Virus record (IMG/VR): IMGVR_UViG_3300010883_025067
Span: 1-64,000 of that record
DNA length: 64,000 nt
Reading direction: 5' to 3' (one strand)
Source of the DNA: a virus
The position numbers and the translations under genes are program-made. Below, in pieces: positions 49,785 through 59,248 of this stretch (the stretch's first letter is position 1; every line of letters starts with the position of its first letter). The notes beneath the pieces were generated by a model that saw only the letters and a program-made list of their open reading frames with translations, was not told the origin of the DNA and ran no database searches.

Positions 49785-50144
49785 ATGTTACGTGTATTAA
49801 TAGCTTGCTCTCTACTTTGTATTTCAAACAGTGCAATTGCTCACACTCCTAAGGGTGTATCTCATTCTGCAAAACCCACCCATAATGCTGCATGTCACAA
49901 GGCAAGTACGGGATGGGTCTGGCATGCAGGTCATTGGAAATATCTTAAGGTTGGGAGGGGAAATCAGACAGTTGTTAGAAGGTGGAAGTGGATTCCCGGT
50001 CACTGGCAACATCATGTTCATGGGCAATCACATAGAGCCTATAGTGAAGTCCCACCAAGGATTCATCATAGCTCTCACTGGAAACCAGGAAGGTGGGTAG
50101 GTCATGGCCCACACCGTCGCTGGGTACCAGGTATGTGGAGTTGA
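49785..50144 (+). CDS. Secreted WXXGXW-repeat protein
   Basis: Signal peptide; WHAGHW, WIPGHW, WKPGRW, WVPGMW. Confidence 0.75.
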   Translation: MLRVLIACSLLCISNSAIAHTPKGVSHSAKPTHNAACHKASTGWVWHAGHWKYLKVGRGNQTVVRRWKWIPGHWQHHVHGQSHRAYSEVPPRIHHSSHWKPGRWVGHGPHRRWVPGMWS

Positions 50145-50185
50145 TAATATACAAGCTTTAGCAAAGTTAATATATTTACTAACAT

Positions 50186-50383
50186 ATGATAAAAATCGGT
50201 GATAGAGTTGCGCCAATTAGTAATATGTCTCTTTCGGGCGTCGTCATTGACATGCGTCAACAACAAAGTGACCAGTGGATGGTGGGTGGTGCTATGCAGG
50301 CTATCTTTATCATTAAGCTGAAACTAGACAGTGATGGATCTGAACCTGAATTTAGGGCAGATGATCTTATGAGACTTGACTGA
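50186..50383 (+). CDS. Small SH3/KOW-like protein
   Basis: IKIGDRV...GVVI...DDL. Confidence 0.55.
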   Translation: MIKIGDRVAPISNMSLSGVVIDMRQQQSDQWMVGGAMQAIFIIKLKLDSDGSEPEFRADDLMRLD

Positions 50384-50649
50384 TGGGAACGAGACAGATT
50401 CGGCACAGTACACCCGATCTTGTTAATGAGAATGTAGTCTTTTTCCGAAAGCACGAGGATGGTTACTTTGAAAGAGTTGAGAAGATAATGATTCGCGATA
50501 CAAGAACAAATAAGCTAGTTACAAATGAGGAAACAGTCTCTGATGAAAAATATGAGATAACAACCGACTCCGACTATGAGCATGAGGTTAAATATCAGGA
50601 CGTAGATGGTAAAGAGAAATCGATTCGGTATAAACAAATTAGAGAATGA
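50383..50649 (+). CDS. Hypothetical protein
   Basis: TGATG coupling. Confidence 0.55.
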   Translation: MGTRQIRHSTPDLVNENVVFFRKHEDGYFERVEKIMIRDTRTNKLVTNEETVSDEKYEITTDSDYEHEVKYQDVDGKEKSIRYKQIRE

Positions 50650-50936
50650 AGCCTTGGTTTCTGTATGTAGTTGAATGTTCGGACAACACACTTTACACTG
50701 GAATCACGACAGATATCAATCGTCGATTGCATGAGCACAACAATACACGAAGAGGTGCAAGATATACAAGATCTAGGCGACCTGTTAGTCTTGTATATTG
50801 GAGAGATCTTAACGATCGATCAGAGGCTACGAGTGCCGAGCTAGCCTTTAAACGTCTTAGCAGAGCACAAAAGCTTAAAATGATTGCTAAGAGTGACCAT
50901 GAAGAGTACGATAAAAAGAGTTATCATCGAAACTGA
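50646..50936 (+). CDS. GIY-YIG nuclease (YhbQ-like)
   Basis: LYVV, LYTGIT, RRL.EHN, GARYT. Confidence 0.9.
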   Translation: MKPWFLYVVECSDNTLYTGITTDINRRLHEHNNTRRGARYTRSRRPVSLVYWRDLNDRSEATSAELAFKRLSRAQKLKMIAKSDHEEYDKKSYHRN

Positions 50937-51306
50937 TGTAGATTCCAATGGTGTCGTGTATGCTGAAAAGTTCTTTCATTGGCTTTATGCTGAGGTGATG
51001 AAATATAGCTCTAACCTACTTAATAAACCCTGTTTGATCAGACATGTTTATGAGGTAGATATAAAAAGTCCTGTAAAAGCAGGTAATATCTTGGAGATAT
51101 CATTGAATCCGAAGGGTTTTGGCAGCACATCGATTAGTATTGATGTCAGGGTTAAGGATAGAGAATCAGATGTATCTTATCTTTCAATCAAGCAACTCGT
51201 ACTAGTAGCAGTTGACGAAGATCAGATGTCAATTGAACATGGTATAGCTAGTGAGAAGGATTGCTTCTTGCCATACGGCTGGTCAACCTATAAGTCCGAT
51301 GCTTAA
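50899..51306 (+). CDS. Hotdog-fold (acyl-CoA thioesterase-like) protein
   Basis: D.NG.V, SPVKAG.IL, G.TSI, VAVD. Confidence 0.6.
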   Translation: MKSTIKRVIIETDVDSNGVVYAEKFFHWLYAEVMKYSSNLLNKPCLIRHVYEVDIKSPVKAGNILEISLNPKGFGSTSISIDVRVKDRESDVSYLSIKQLVLVAVDEDQMSIEHGIASEKDCFLPYGWSTYKSDA

Positions 51307-51357
51307 TCTTCTTGTAAACACTACAGCCATGTGCTTTAAAATTATTAAGGAGATGCA

Positions 51358-51573
51358 ATGAAGCAAGAATCAATTATAGCATACGAACCAACTGATGAGG
51401 AAATAAATGATGCCATATCGTTTATGCTCAAGTGCTCGTCTGCAGACTTAGCTGATGCCTGGAATCGAACCACAAATGAATGGTGTATTAATTCAGTAAT
51501 CAGATTGCACAGAGAGTTGTGTAAGACAGGTAGAATTAATCTTTTGATCAGCGAGATGTCACAGCAAGAATAA
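51358..51573 (+). CDS. Hypothetical protein
   Basis: AAGGAG RBS. Confidence 0.6.
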   Translation: MKQESIIAYEPTDEEINDAISFMLKCSSADLADAWNRTTNEWCINSVIRLHRELCKTGRINLLISEMSQQE

Positions 51574-51594
51574 ACGATTGTTTATTTAATAGCA

Positions 51595-52227
51595 ATGGCA
51601 AGAAACATGTTTTTATTTTGTGCTTTATTTTTTATCGGTTGCTCTAGTCAGGAAAGCGTCGATGTAGACGTCAGAGAGAGTGATTTTATTCTTTTGCTTA
51701 AAAGTACACCGAAAAAATTTGGTGATTGGAGATTGCTGCCTGAGGTCGTGATCTGCCAAAATGCACCAATCTCAGAAAAGCAAATTATGAATGCTGTTGA
51801 TTTTTGGAGATCTCTTGGGTATAGATTTGGAGTTATTAGTTCAAAATATTCTGAATCATGCTTCACACATGGTAGACCATACTATCATATAACCATTGAG
51901 ATGAATAATCGGGCTGTTGATGAGATGCATTGTGGTGAGACTGCTTTATATCTACAGGGTGAATCACATGAAATACTTGGTGCAAGAATTTATTTAAGAA
52001 GCGGTGATGGCAACAGCCCCGGTGTGATAGAGCACGAATTCGGGCACGCGCTCGGCTGGAAGCATTTTAGAAAAAATGGTCACTTGATGCATCCAGCTTT
52101 GCGGAACGGTGGGTTCGACACACAGGGATTAAAAAATAATATTGTCCCAGTTGTGGGATATGGGATCGCAAGTGATGTAAATGAATCTGATATGATTCAG
52201 GTGTGTAGCGATCGTCGAGAAAAGTGA
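51595..52227 (+). CDS. Matrixin-like metalloprotease, putative lipoprotein
   Basis: FIGC; HEFGHALGWKH; LMHP Met-turn. Confidence 0.8.
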   Translation: MARNMFLFCALFFIGCSSQESVDVDVRESDFILLLKSTPKKFGDWRLLPEVVICQNAPISEKQIMNAVDFWRSLGYRFGVISSKYSESCFTHGRPYYHITIEMNNRAVDEMHCGETALYLQGESHEILGARIYLRSGDGNSPGVIEHEFGHALGWKHFRKNGHLMHPALRNGGFDTQGLKNNIVPVVGYGIASDVNESDMIQVCSDRREK

Positions 52228-52475
52228 CAGAAGATATTAAAGATACTATTGAGTGGTGGAAGCATAAAGCATTCTTGCTTGAAAAGAGAATAGAGCAGTT
52301 AGAGCTTGAAAATTTTGAATTTCGAAGAACAATATGTGAAACTGTTGACAGGCTTAAGACACATAACTTAGATATGAAAGTAGTCGTCGAATCTAATGTA
52401 GGTGTGCTAAGTGAATGTGACGATGATAATATCTTGAGACCAAAATTTAAAAAAGCCAAGTGGAAGAAAGATTAG
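52224..52475 (+). CDS. Hypothetical coiled-coil protein
   Basis: GTGA coupling. Confidence 0.55.
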   Translation: MTEDIKDTIEWWKHKAFLLEKRIEQLELENFEFRRTICETVDRLKTHNLDMKVVVESNVGVLSECDDDNILRPKFKKAKWKKD

Positions 52476-52510
52476 TCGATATTAAGTCATATATTTATCT
52501 TTAGGGCAAT

Positions 52511-53263
52511 ATGAGACTCTTATTAATTCTTCTTCTGTCCGCAACAACAGTTGCTGATGCAACAGCAAAAAAACATATTGATATTGTTACTGACGACATT
52601 ACGTCATCTGTATTTATTTCTCGTGTATCAAATGAGCCTCTAACAGAATTTGAAAAGAAAGTTCGTGAGGCTGCTGTTAAGGTTATTGCAAAACGAGGTC
52701 ATGGTTCTGGAACCTATGTGAAGCTAAAGGGCTTTCATCTTGTCTTCACAGCAGCCCATGTTGTGACTGACGGAAGCAGACAATTTCTAGTGATGGGTGA
52801 TGGTGAGAAGGTAATCGGACATCTCGTATACTCAGATAAAAAACTTGATGTGGGAGTTTTGCTTATTCCAGAAATGAAGACTCGTAGTCCAATGAAATAC
52901 AAGCCACTGAAGGATCTCGCTGAAGTAGGTACACAGATCATGTATGCAGGGTTTCCAGCATCTCACAACCTTTTATCAATAAGAGGCATGATAGCTGGTC
53001 ACGAACTTGATAGATACGGAAACAAGGTTTTGCTGTTACATTCATATGCGTGGTTTGGATGTTCCGGATCAGGTGTGTATGACCAGCATGGAAATTTTGT
53101 AGGTGTGCTTTGGGGAATTGATTCACCACAAGGAAGATTGATTCCACAGATAGTCGAGGATATTGTCTGGGTGACACCGTCAAGTAACATTAATGAAGAC
53201 AAGATCATTGCTGGGATTTGTAAAAGCCTACTAACAGAATCTCGTGTTTGTTCTCTTTACTAG
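52511..53263 (+). CDS. Secreted trypsin-like serine protease
   Basis: Signal peptide; TAAHVV, D, GCSGSG. Confidence 0.85.
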   Translation: MRLLLILLLSATTVADATAKKHIDIVTDDITSSVFISRVSNEPLTEFEKKVREAAVKVIAKRGHGSGTYVKLKGFHLVFTAAHVVTDGSRQFLVMGDGEKVIGHLVYSDKKLDVGVLLIPEMKTRSPMKYKPLKDLAEVGTQIMYAGFPASHNLLSIRGMIAGHELDRYGNKVLLLHSYAWFGCSGSGVYDQHGNFVGVLWGIDSPQGRLIPQIVEDIVWVTPSSNINEDKIIAGICKSLLTESRVCSLY

Positions 53264-53832
53264 GGCGTGATTATTTGAGCAATGCCCGCTTCAAGAGCTG
53301 ATTGACTATAGCCTCGTAGTATCTGCTTTATAACCATGTCCTCTGTTATAAAGAAGAATGTGGGCCATCCTGTTATGTTCCATCCAGTTGTAGAGGAGTA
53401 GTCTATCATATTTCTGCTTCCTGCTAGAACATGTGAATCTTCGATAACAAACAAATCTGCCCAATATGCACAATCATCAGATGTCGCAGGCTCACCTTCT
53501 GCTGTTTCAATGAGCACAGTTAGATATTCAAGATTCTCTGACGCATACTTTGCCTTCACCTGATCTACCTTAGATGCAGCATCCATACATGGGCCACACC
53601 ACATCACGCTGAAGTCTAGAACAATTGGCTGTTTGTAGAAGTCGTAAAGAGAGACGTCATTTCCATGCTGATCAACAAGTGTAAAATTGCAAGGATGATC
53701 TTCGATGTTTTGTGAGCATTCTTCCCACGGATATGGATTTTCTTGAACCTGACTGTCATCGCTTTTATCGAGACGAGGTGTGCATGCATTACATGCAGAT
53801 GTGAGAAAGAGAAAAAATAGAGACTTATACAT
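53260..53832 (-). CDS. TlpA-like thioredoxin/redoxin, putative lipoprotein
   Basis: FTL.DQ.G, WCGPC, WPT. Confidence 0.85.
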   Translation of the reverse strand: MYKSLFFLFLTSACNACTPRLDKSDDSQVQENPYPWEECSQNIEDHPCNFTLVDQHGNDVSLYDFYKQPIVLDFSVMWCGPCMDAASKVDQVKAKYASENLEYLTVLIETAEGEPATSDDCAYWADLFVIEDSHVLAGSRNMIDYSSTTGWNITGWPTFFFITEDMVIKQILRGYSQSALEAGIAQIITP

Positions 53833-55424
53833 TATTCACAGTTTCCTAATATTGCGTATTCAACTTCTATTGTGCTATTCATTGCTGGAGGAGAGCTAAA
53901 GATAATTGAATTAGAGGTGATGCTGTAACTCCAGCTAGCTGATGAATATCCATTTACAGTTACAATAATTGTCTCTTCAATGGGAAAGTCTGTGAGCTGG
54001 AACGAACTCTTTGCCATTGATTCTCTGGCAAGTGTGTCCATTTGTGCACCCCAGTCAACTGCACAAATGGACATGAAGGTTCCACTTAAAGCTTGTACGA
54101 CTTCGTAATACCCACCACCAAACTGAGCATACATACCATTTGAATTGCATCCTGATGGAAAATCACCTGCTACAGCATGTGCAACAATTTGTTCAGTTGA
54201 AGTTTTTAGGCTTTGGAGGTGATTAGCATAATCTTGAGGAAGCATTGTCGAATATCTGCTAGAGGCATCAGTTTCATCTGAGACATAGATAATTACGAGT
54301 TTTGCATCCGATCGCAGAAAAGAGCTGCCAGGTCCAGCATCTGCCCCTGACTGTGTTGACTCATAAGACTCCCACAAGCCTCTCTCTAAACCACTTCCAG
54401 AGACACCAATGCTGTTGATGATATTTGTAACGGTTCCGATAGGGTCAGCATGATTGCTATCAATAATCCCTCCGACAAAATTTTCATTATCAGTTGTAAT
54501 AAATGCGAGTTGATAGTCCACACCTGATGTAGCAAAGACATTAATGAAAGAGCTAAAGTTGTTTGCCAGATTTGTCTGGTGTCTGTACATCGAGCATGAA
54601 TTATCAATGACAAATAGAATATCAGACTTTGATTCACCTGTTTGTTCGAATGATTCACTTACGATTGCTGCATACTTTCCTAGTGCGACTTGATCAGCAC
54701 TTGCAGTAGGTGAAACAGGATCACTCGATGAAACTTCAACATATGAAGAGTCATCCACTAGATCAGTTGGTATGTATTCAATAATCACGTCTATGCTGCT
54801 GCTTGGAGGAATGATCCAGGGAAGGCTTCCGTGTATGCTCTGGTTATCATTGAAATTAAAGTCAACTGGCAGTGTTGTGAAAAATTCTACGTCGTCGACA
54901 TGTAGATCAGCATCACCAACATTTGCAATGTTGACATTGATTTTTTCATCACAACCGACATCCACTTCACCAAAGTCATAATACTCAGGAGTTATTTCTA
55001 TGATGGGTGCATTTCCTGCACCATTTAGTGTCACCACTACTAGAGGACTATCTGGATCATTTGATTCAATAAAGATCCTATCTGTGTCTGTTGAGTATGT
55101 TATGGGTGTGTAAGCTATCTCAATGCTTGTGGCCTCACCTGCCTCTAGGGAGGATTCATCGGGTGGGATAAGTGTAAAAACAGATCTGCCTGATCTTAGG
55201 TAGATATCGTTAAGATCTAACGTATCAGTTCCTACATTGGAAACAATGATTTCACTAATATTTGTTTCAAATCCAGAGTGTAGTGACCCAAAATCAATTG
55301 ATCCAGGAGAGACGTGAATGTCTGGGATCATATCAATCTTCGGATTTAGTTCATAATCTGAGCAGCCGGTCAACGCTACTAACATTGTAAAAATTACGCA
55401 AGATCGTGAAGTATATGACATCAA
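53832..55424 (-). CDS. Lipoprotein with two Ig-like (ASPM/choice-of-anchor D-like) domains and a vWA domain
   Basis: Read on the minus strand (track's + label is wrong: TTA at 53832-34 is the stop); LTGC; DFG..SN.G repeats; DILFVIDNSCSM. Confidence 0.8.
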   Translation of the reverse strand: MMSYTSRSCVIFTMLVALTGCSDYELNPKIDMIPDIHVSPGSIDFGSLHSGFETNISEIIVSNVGTDTLDLNDIYLRSGRSVFTLIPPDESSLEAGEATSIEIAYTPITYSTDTDRIFIESNDPDSPLVVVTLNGAGNAPIIEITPEYYDFGEVDVGCDEKINVNIANVGDADLHVDDVEFFTTLPVDFNFNDNQSIHGSLPWIIPPSSSIDVIIEYIPTDLVDDSSYVEVSSSDPVSPTASADQVALGKYAAIVSESFEQTGESKSDILFVIDNSCSMYRHQTNLANNFSSFINVFATSGVDYQLAFITTDNENFVGGIIDSNHADPIGTVTNIINSIGVSGSGLERGLWESYESTQSGADAGPGSSFLRSDAKLVIIYVSDETDASSRYSTMLPQDYANHLQSLKTSTEQIVAHAVAGDFPSGCNSNGMYAQFGGGYYEVVQALSGTFMSICAVDWGAQMDTLARESMAKSSFQLTDFPIEETIIVTVNGYSSASWSYSITSNSIIFSSPPAMNSTIEVEYAILGNCE

Positions 55425-55471
55425 TAATACCTATTCATCACGACATATCAAGCAGCTAAATACTTAAAAAT

Positions 55472-55735
55472 ATGCGCTTTAAAAAGGGTGATCTAGTTAG
55501 ATATGTTGCTAATCCACTTTCAACAGCGCCCAGAATTATCCCGAAAGGAAGAGGTCTGATCGGGATTGTTATCAACACTAGAGAGTTTCGTGTGGGTAAT
55601 AAGGACGATGTAGATACACAAGCAATTATGAAAATAGTATCAGTACATTGGTCAGATATAACCTGGAATGAGAGTAATGGTCTTTCTGAGGAATATGAGC
55701 CGGATCTTAAAATTATTCAAGCATCTGAAAAATAA
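55472..55735 (+). CDS. Small SH3/KOW-like protein
   Basis: FKKGDLVRY...IGIVI. Confidence 0.6.
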   Translation: MRFKKGDLVRYVANPLSTAPRIIPKGRGLIGIVINTREFRVGNKDDVDTQAIMKIVSVHWSDITWNESNGLSEEYEPDLKIIQASEK

Positions 55736-56075
55736 AATATTTTCAATCAAATCTACTCTGTATGAGACAGGTGAGATTGTTAGCATTGTGCCATGTCCGT
55801 CACCTGAAGGTTTTTCTTATGGATCAATTTCAAGTGAGTCAATATTAATATTTAAAAAAATAGATCTACAGTCTTACCCATCATTCCATGATTTCTTAGG
55901 ACCTCACACAGAGGCGAAACAAGGTGATATTGCAACTGTGATCCGATTTGTAGGAAGGCCTACAAAAATTCGGGAAGGAAAAAAATGGTCACACTACGAC
56001 GTATATGAGATCATGATTCACGGTTCACTCTATCAGACTTTTGCACAAACATTGGTTTGTAGAGAAAATATATAG
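55668..56075 (+). CDS. Hypothetical protein (start uncertain)
   Basis: ORF in operon. Confidence 0.5.
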   Translation: MRVMVFLRNMSRILKLFKHLKNKIFSIKSTLYETGEIVSIVPCPSPEGFSYGSISSESILIFKKIDLQSYPSFHDFLGPHTEAKQGDIATVIRFVGRPTKIREGKKWSHYDVYEIMIHGSLYQTFAQTLVCRENI

Positions 56076-56108
56076 TATAATAAGAATAGAAGAACAGTAG
56101 CTGATATT

Positions 56109-56471
56109 ATGAATAAGTTTTCTTTAGTGATCCTTTGTATGATAGTTTCCTTTGCATCACAAGGTTGTGCATCAAAGCTACATTACGTGGGAAAAAATTT
56201 CGAACCCAGCCAAAGTCTTTGTGCTGATGCACTTGTTGTAAACTTAGATGCAGCTGGATGCAATGCGATTTATTACGGACATTCACCATCATATAACGCT
56301 TTCAAGGTGCGCTGTGTTAGTGCTGACTGGAATAATAACAACAATGAGTGGATTTCTTATTCTTTCTTTCTCAAGCCTGCAGGGCAGGATTTTGAAGTTC
56401 ACAATGATTTATTCATGCTTTGTTCTGATATTTCATCGAGCCTATATTTTCTCAATGAGAACAATAGATAA
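56109..56471 (+). CDS. Putative lipoprotein
   Basis: Signal peptide; SQGC. Confidence 0.55.
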   Translation: MNKFSLVILCMIVSFASQGCASKLHYVGKNFEPSQSLCADALVVNLDAAGCNAIYYGHSPSYNAFKVRCVSADWNNNNNEWISYSFFLKPAGQDFEVHNDLFMLCSDISSSLYFLNENNR

Positions 56472-56674
56472 TGACAATTGACATATACTTTACAGGTTGC
56501 CCTGATGCGTTGACTAAGATGGTTAAGAAGCCTGAGTATCATAAGCTTCTTGCTGTAATGAAGCAGAATACCAAACAGGCAGATCCTGACTTATTTAAAT
56601 TCAATGATGGTTCTTTGATCAGATTAAGTCAAATCGAATATCTTGATGTAAAACCAGACGTTTCTTTTCACTAG
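56471..56674 (+). CDS. Hypothetical protein
   Basis: TAATG coupling. Confidence 0.55.
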   Translation: MTIDIYFTGCPDALTKMVKKPEYHKLLAVMKQNTKQADPDLFKFNDGSLIRLSQIEYLDVKPDVSFH

Positions 56675-56750
56675 ATAATATCAGATATAATAAATAACAT
56701 TCTTTAAATGGTGTAAATTTGAAGAATGTATATTATCTTTTTATATGCTT

Positions 56751-56836
56751 GCGCAAGTGGTGGAATTGGTAGACACACAGGTCTTAGGAACCTGTGCTCA
56801 TGTGGCGTGGGGGTTCGAGTCCCCCCTTGCGCACCA
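56751..56836 (+). tRNA. tRNA-Leu(TAG)
   Basis: Cloverleaf, CCA. Confidence 0.93.
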
Positions 56837-56839
56837 TCT

Positions 56840-56925
56840 GGAAGGCATCCGAATTGGTGAGGACACAGATTTGAAATCTGTTGCACTGCAAAGTGTTGGG
56901 GGTTCGAGTCCCCCGCCTTCCGCCA
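56840..56925 (+). tRNA. tRNA-Ser(TGA), atypical acceptor/D connector
   Basis: GGAAGGC/GCCTTCC stem, long variable arm, G73, CCA. Confidence 0.85.
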
Positions 56926-56928
56926 TTT

Positions 56929-57003
56929 GCCACCGTAGCTCAATGGCAGAGCACCGCTCTTGTAAAGCGGGGGTCAAGGGTTCAAATCCCTTCGGTGGCT
57001 CCA
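56929..57003 (+). tRNA. tRNA-Thr(TGT)
   Basis: Cloverleaf, CCA. Confidence 0.93.
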
Positions 57004-57006
57004 TTC

Positions 57007-57079
57007 GGGGATGTAGCTCAATTGGGAGAGCATCTGCTTTGCACGCAGAAGGTTGCTGGTTCAAGTCCAGCTGTCTCCA
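57007..57079 (+). tRNA. tRNA-Ala(TGC)
   Basis: G3:U70 pair; followed by CAA, no encoded CCA. Confidence 0.92.
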
Positions 57080-57086
57080 CAAGAAT

Positions 57087-57163
57087 CGGGATGTGGCGCA
57101 GCCTGGCAGCGCATCTGCTTTGGGAGCAGAGGGTCGCAGGTTCGAATCCTGTCATCCCGACCA
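57087..57163 (+). tRNA. tRNA-Pro(TGG)
   Basis: Cloverleaf, CCA. Confidence 0.93.
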
Positions 57164-57178
57164 CCTGATTCAATTTAG

Positions 57179-57388
57179 ATGAATGTAAAAAGAACAACTA
57201 GAATAGCTGTTGAATTAACTTGTGATGAGACAATAGAAGCAATTATTTGCTGGCTAACCAAGGGCGTAGGAAATAATCGGTCTTGTAATCTTGCAGCAAG
57301 AATTTTAAATGGTGATAAAAGGAAGTTACTGCTTAGAAATAAGAAGTTGATTGTCGAGTTTCAGGAGGAAGATAATGAAGAAACATGA
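57179..57388 (+). CDS. Hypothetical protein
   Basis: ORF after tRNA cluster. Confidence 0.45.
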   Translation: MNVKRTTRIAVELTCDETIEAIICWLTKGVGNNRSCNLAARILNGDKRKLLLRNKKLIVEFQEEDNEET

Positions 57389-57451
57389 AGTTTCGAGAAA
57401 TACAATAAGCTTCTTTTTTGTAGAATTAGATAACACCCAGCAGGAGAAAAT

Positions 57452-57694
57452 ATGGGCAACTGCAATGTTGGACGTCTAAAGATCGTTTCAAGAAATACGC
57501 AAGAAGGTGATGCAAGCTTTTATTATAATCGTTTTGTTTATGTGAATGTTCACGGAGAGATAGAACAGCTTCTTCTCACAGATCGAGAGACTGAAGCTGC
57601 GAAGATTCGTGCCGAGAAGAATGTGAAGTTACTTGCTCAACCGACATTTCTTGATCGCCTTGTTCGATGGTGCTTGTGTCTACTGGGCGCATAG
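57452..57694 (+). CDS. Hypothetical protein
   Basis: AGGAG RBS. Confidence 0.6.
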   Translation: MGNCNVGRLKIVSRNTQEGDASFYYNRFVYVNVHGEIEQLLLTDRETEAAKIRAEKNVKLLAQPTFLDRLVRWCLCLLGA

Positions 57695-57719
57695 TTATAC
57701 ATCGGAGTGTTGCTGTCTT

Positions 57720-58199
57720 TTGAGTTTTAAAGATCATCTCTGGTTTTCAGGTAGCGGTCAATCACACAATTACACTGATATTCTATCATCTATAGAATCA
57801 CACGTCAGTAATCAGGGAGAGATCTTTATTGGTACTGATAGTATGATAGATAGAAGAGCATGCATCTTTGTCACTGCCATTTGTTTACACGGTGCTAATG
57901 ATCAATTGGGTGGAAGATATTTTTTCACACGAATAAAAGATAAGAGTGAGCCCTACGAGAATTTGAAAGTTCGAATAATGCAAGAGGTATTTAGCTCAAT
58001 TGAGACAGGACACAATGTAAAGGAAGTTTTTCCTGATGCTGATATCGAGATTCATATAGATGTTGGAACAACAATTCACTCACAAACTCGACACCTGGCA
58101 GATATCGTGACAGGGTGGACAAGGGCAGCAGGATTCATCTGTAGAATAAAGCCGTACTCCTGGGCTTCAACAGCAGTTGCTGATAAGCATACAAAATAA
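57720..58199 (+). CDS. RNase H-like YkuK (DUF458) family protein
   Basis: IGTDS, RI..EV..S, EIHIDVG, KP.SWAS..VAD. Confidence 0.8.
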   Translation: MSFKDHLWFSGSGQSHNYTDILSSIESHVSNQGEIFIGTDSMIDRRACIFVTAICLHGANDQLGGRYFFTRIKDKSEPYENLKVRIMQEVFSSIETGHNVKEVFPDADIEIHIDVGTTIHSQTRHLADIVTGWTRAAGFICRIKPYSWASTAVADKHTK

Positions 58200-58208
58200 A
58201 ATGTTGCT

Positions 58209-58418
58209 CTAGTACAAGCCCAATAATGATGTGATGGACAATCCTGTCGCCATGCCAAAGAAAAATACAGTTACAACTGTTAAGATATCAGTTCTTTTTC
58301 TGTTATACCTGTGCATGTCTCTATCTAGCATGTGTACCTGATACTGAATGATAGGTGGTAGATTCTCGTTGCTAAATTGTTCCCTAGATCCTGTCGGGAA
58401 TTTAATTAGGTTAGACAT
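58209..58418 (-). CDS. Small membrane protein
   Basis: C-terminal TM. Confidence 0.45.
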   Translation of the reverse strand: MSNLIKFPTGSREQFSNENLPPIIQYQVHMLDRDMHRYNRKRTDILTVVTVFFFGMATGLSITSLLGLY

Positions 58419-58450
58419 CTTGTATATTTAGATTATAATGGAGAGAGACA

Positions 58451-59248
58451 GTGCGTATCAAAGAATATAATATTGAACTTCTGTTTGAGAACGATGATGA
58501 TCCAACTAAGCTTCGTGTTCTTGATTTTGATGACACGATAGCTGATACAGTGGAACAGGTGATGATTACACAGACAGCTCCGGATGGAACTGTATCACAT
58601 AAGCCGATCAGTTCTAAAGAGTTCGCTGTCTATGAGTTGCAGCCCGGTGAATCGATCGATCCTGATATAGCATTTCAAGAATTTTCTCGAGTTGATATTG
58701 AGAAAGCCACACCGGTTCCGCTCATAGCTGACCTATTAAGAAAATTCGCATCAGCAGAAGGTAGAAGAAAACTCTTAATACTCACAGCACGTGGACAAGA
58801 AGTTGCTGATGATGTGATGGGTTTTCTTGAGAGAAGGGTGGGTATATCTGATCCAGCAGGAAAGATAGACTTTAGAGGTGTTAACAACAAGGATCCTGCA
58901 GCAAAGGTGTCGGTAATAGAGAGCTATCTTGATGATTATCCCAATATTCAGTTCGTTTCTTTTTATGATGATTCAGGACAGAATGTCAAGGCCGTCGCCA
59001 AGTTTCTTGATGATCGTGGGATAAAGAGGGATGTGAGACAGGTCGTAACAGATGAGGAGGGTAATGTTCGATTGGTTAGACCAAGGATTGACGAAGCAAC
59101 ACTAGTGACAGACTTTGGTATGATAACGCGTAATTTTCTTCGAGGAATAGTTGTAGAGGACAATGTTGACACTGTCACTGAAACATCTGAAGTTTTCGAT
59201 GAAAGAGATTTAGCACGTGACTTTTTCAGAAGAATGCTTAGTGAGTAA
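58451..59248 (+). CDS. HAD-family phosphatase (RNA-repair HAD-like)
   Basis: VLDFDDTI, LTAR, K, FYDD. Confidence 0.8.
   Translation: MRIKEYNIELLFENDDDPTKLRVLDFDDTIADTVEQVMITQTAPDGTVSHKPISSKEFAVYELQPGESIDPDIAFQEFSRVDIEKATPVPLIADLLRKFASAEGRRKLLILTARGQEVADDVMGFLERRVGISDPAGKIDFRGVNNKDPAAKVSVIESYLDDYPNIQFVSFYDDSGQNVKAVAKFLDDRGIKRDVRQVVTDEEGNVRLVRPRIDEATLVTDFGMITRNFLRGIVVEDNVDTVTETSEVFDERDLARDFFRRMLSE

Noticed and set aside
53832-55424. ORF track labels the 530-aa vWA protein as + strand
   Set aside because: The protein reads only from the reverse complement (start at 55424, stop TTA at 53832-34, TAATG-coupled to the minus-strand redoxin); annotated here as minus
56840-56925. tRNA-Sec or opal suppressor
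   Set aside because: Anticodon is TGA (reads UCA), not TCA, and the stems are 7/5
56704-57182. ORFs over the tRNA cluster, and the 5' part of 49193..49492
   Set aside because: Shadow frames of tRNA genes
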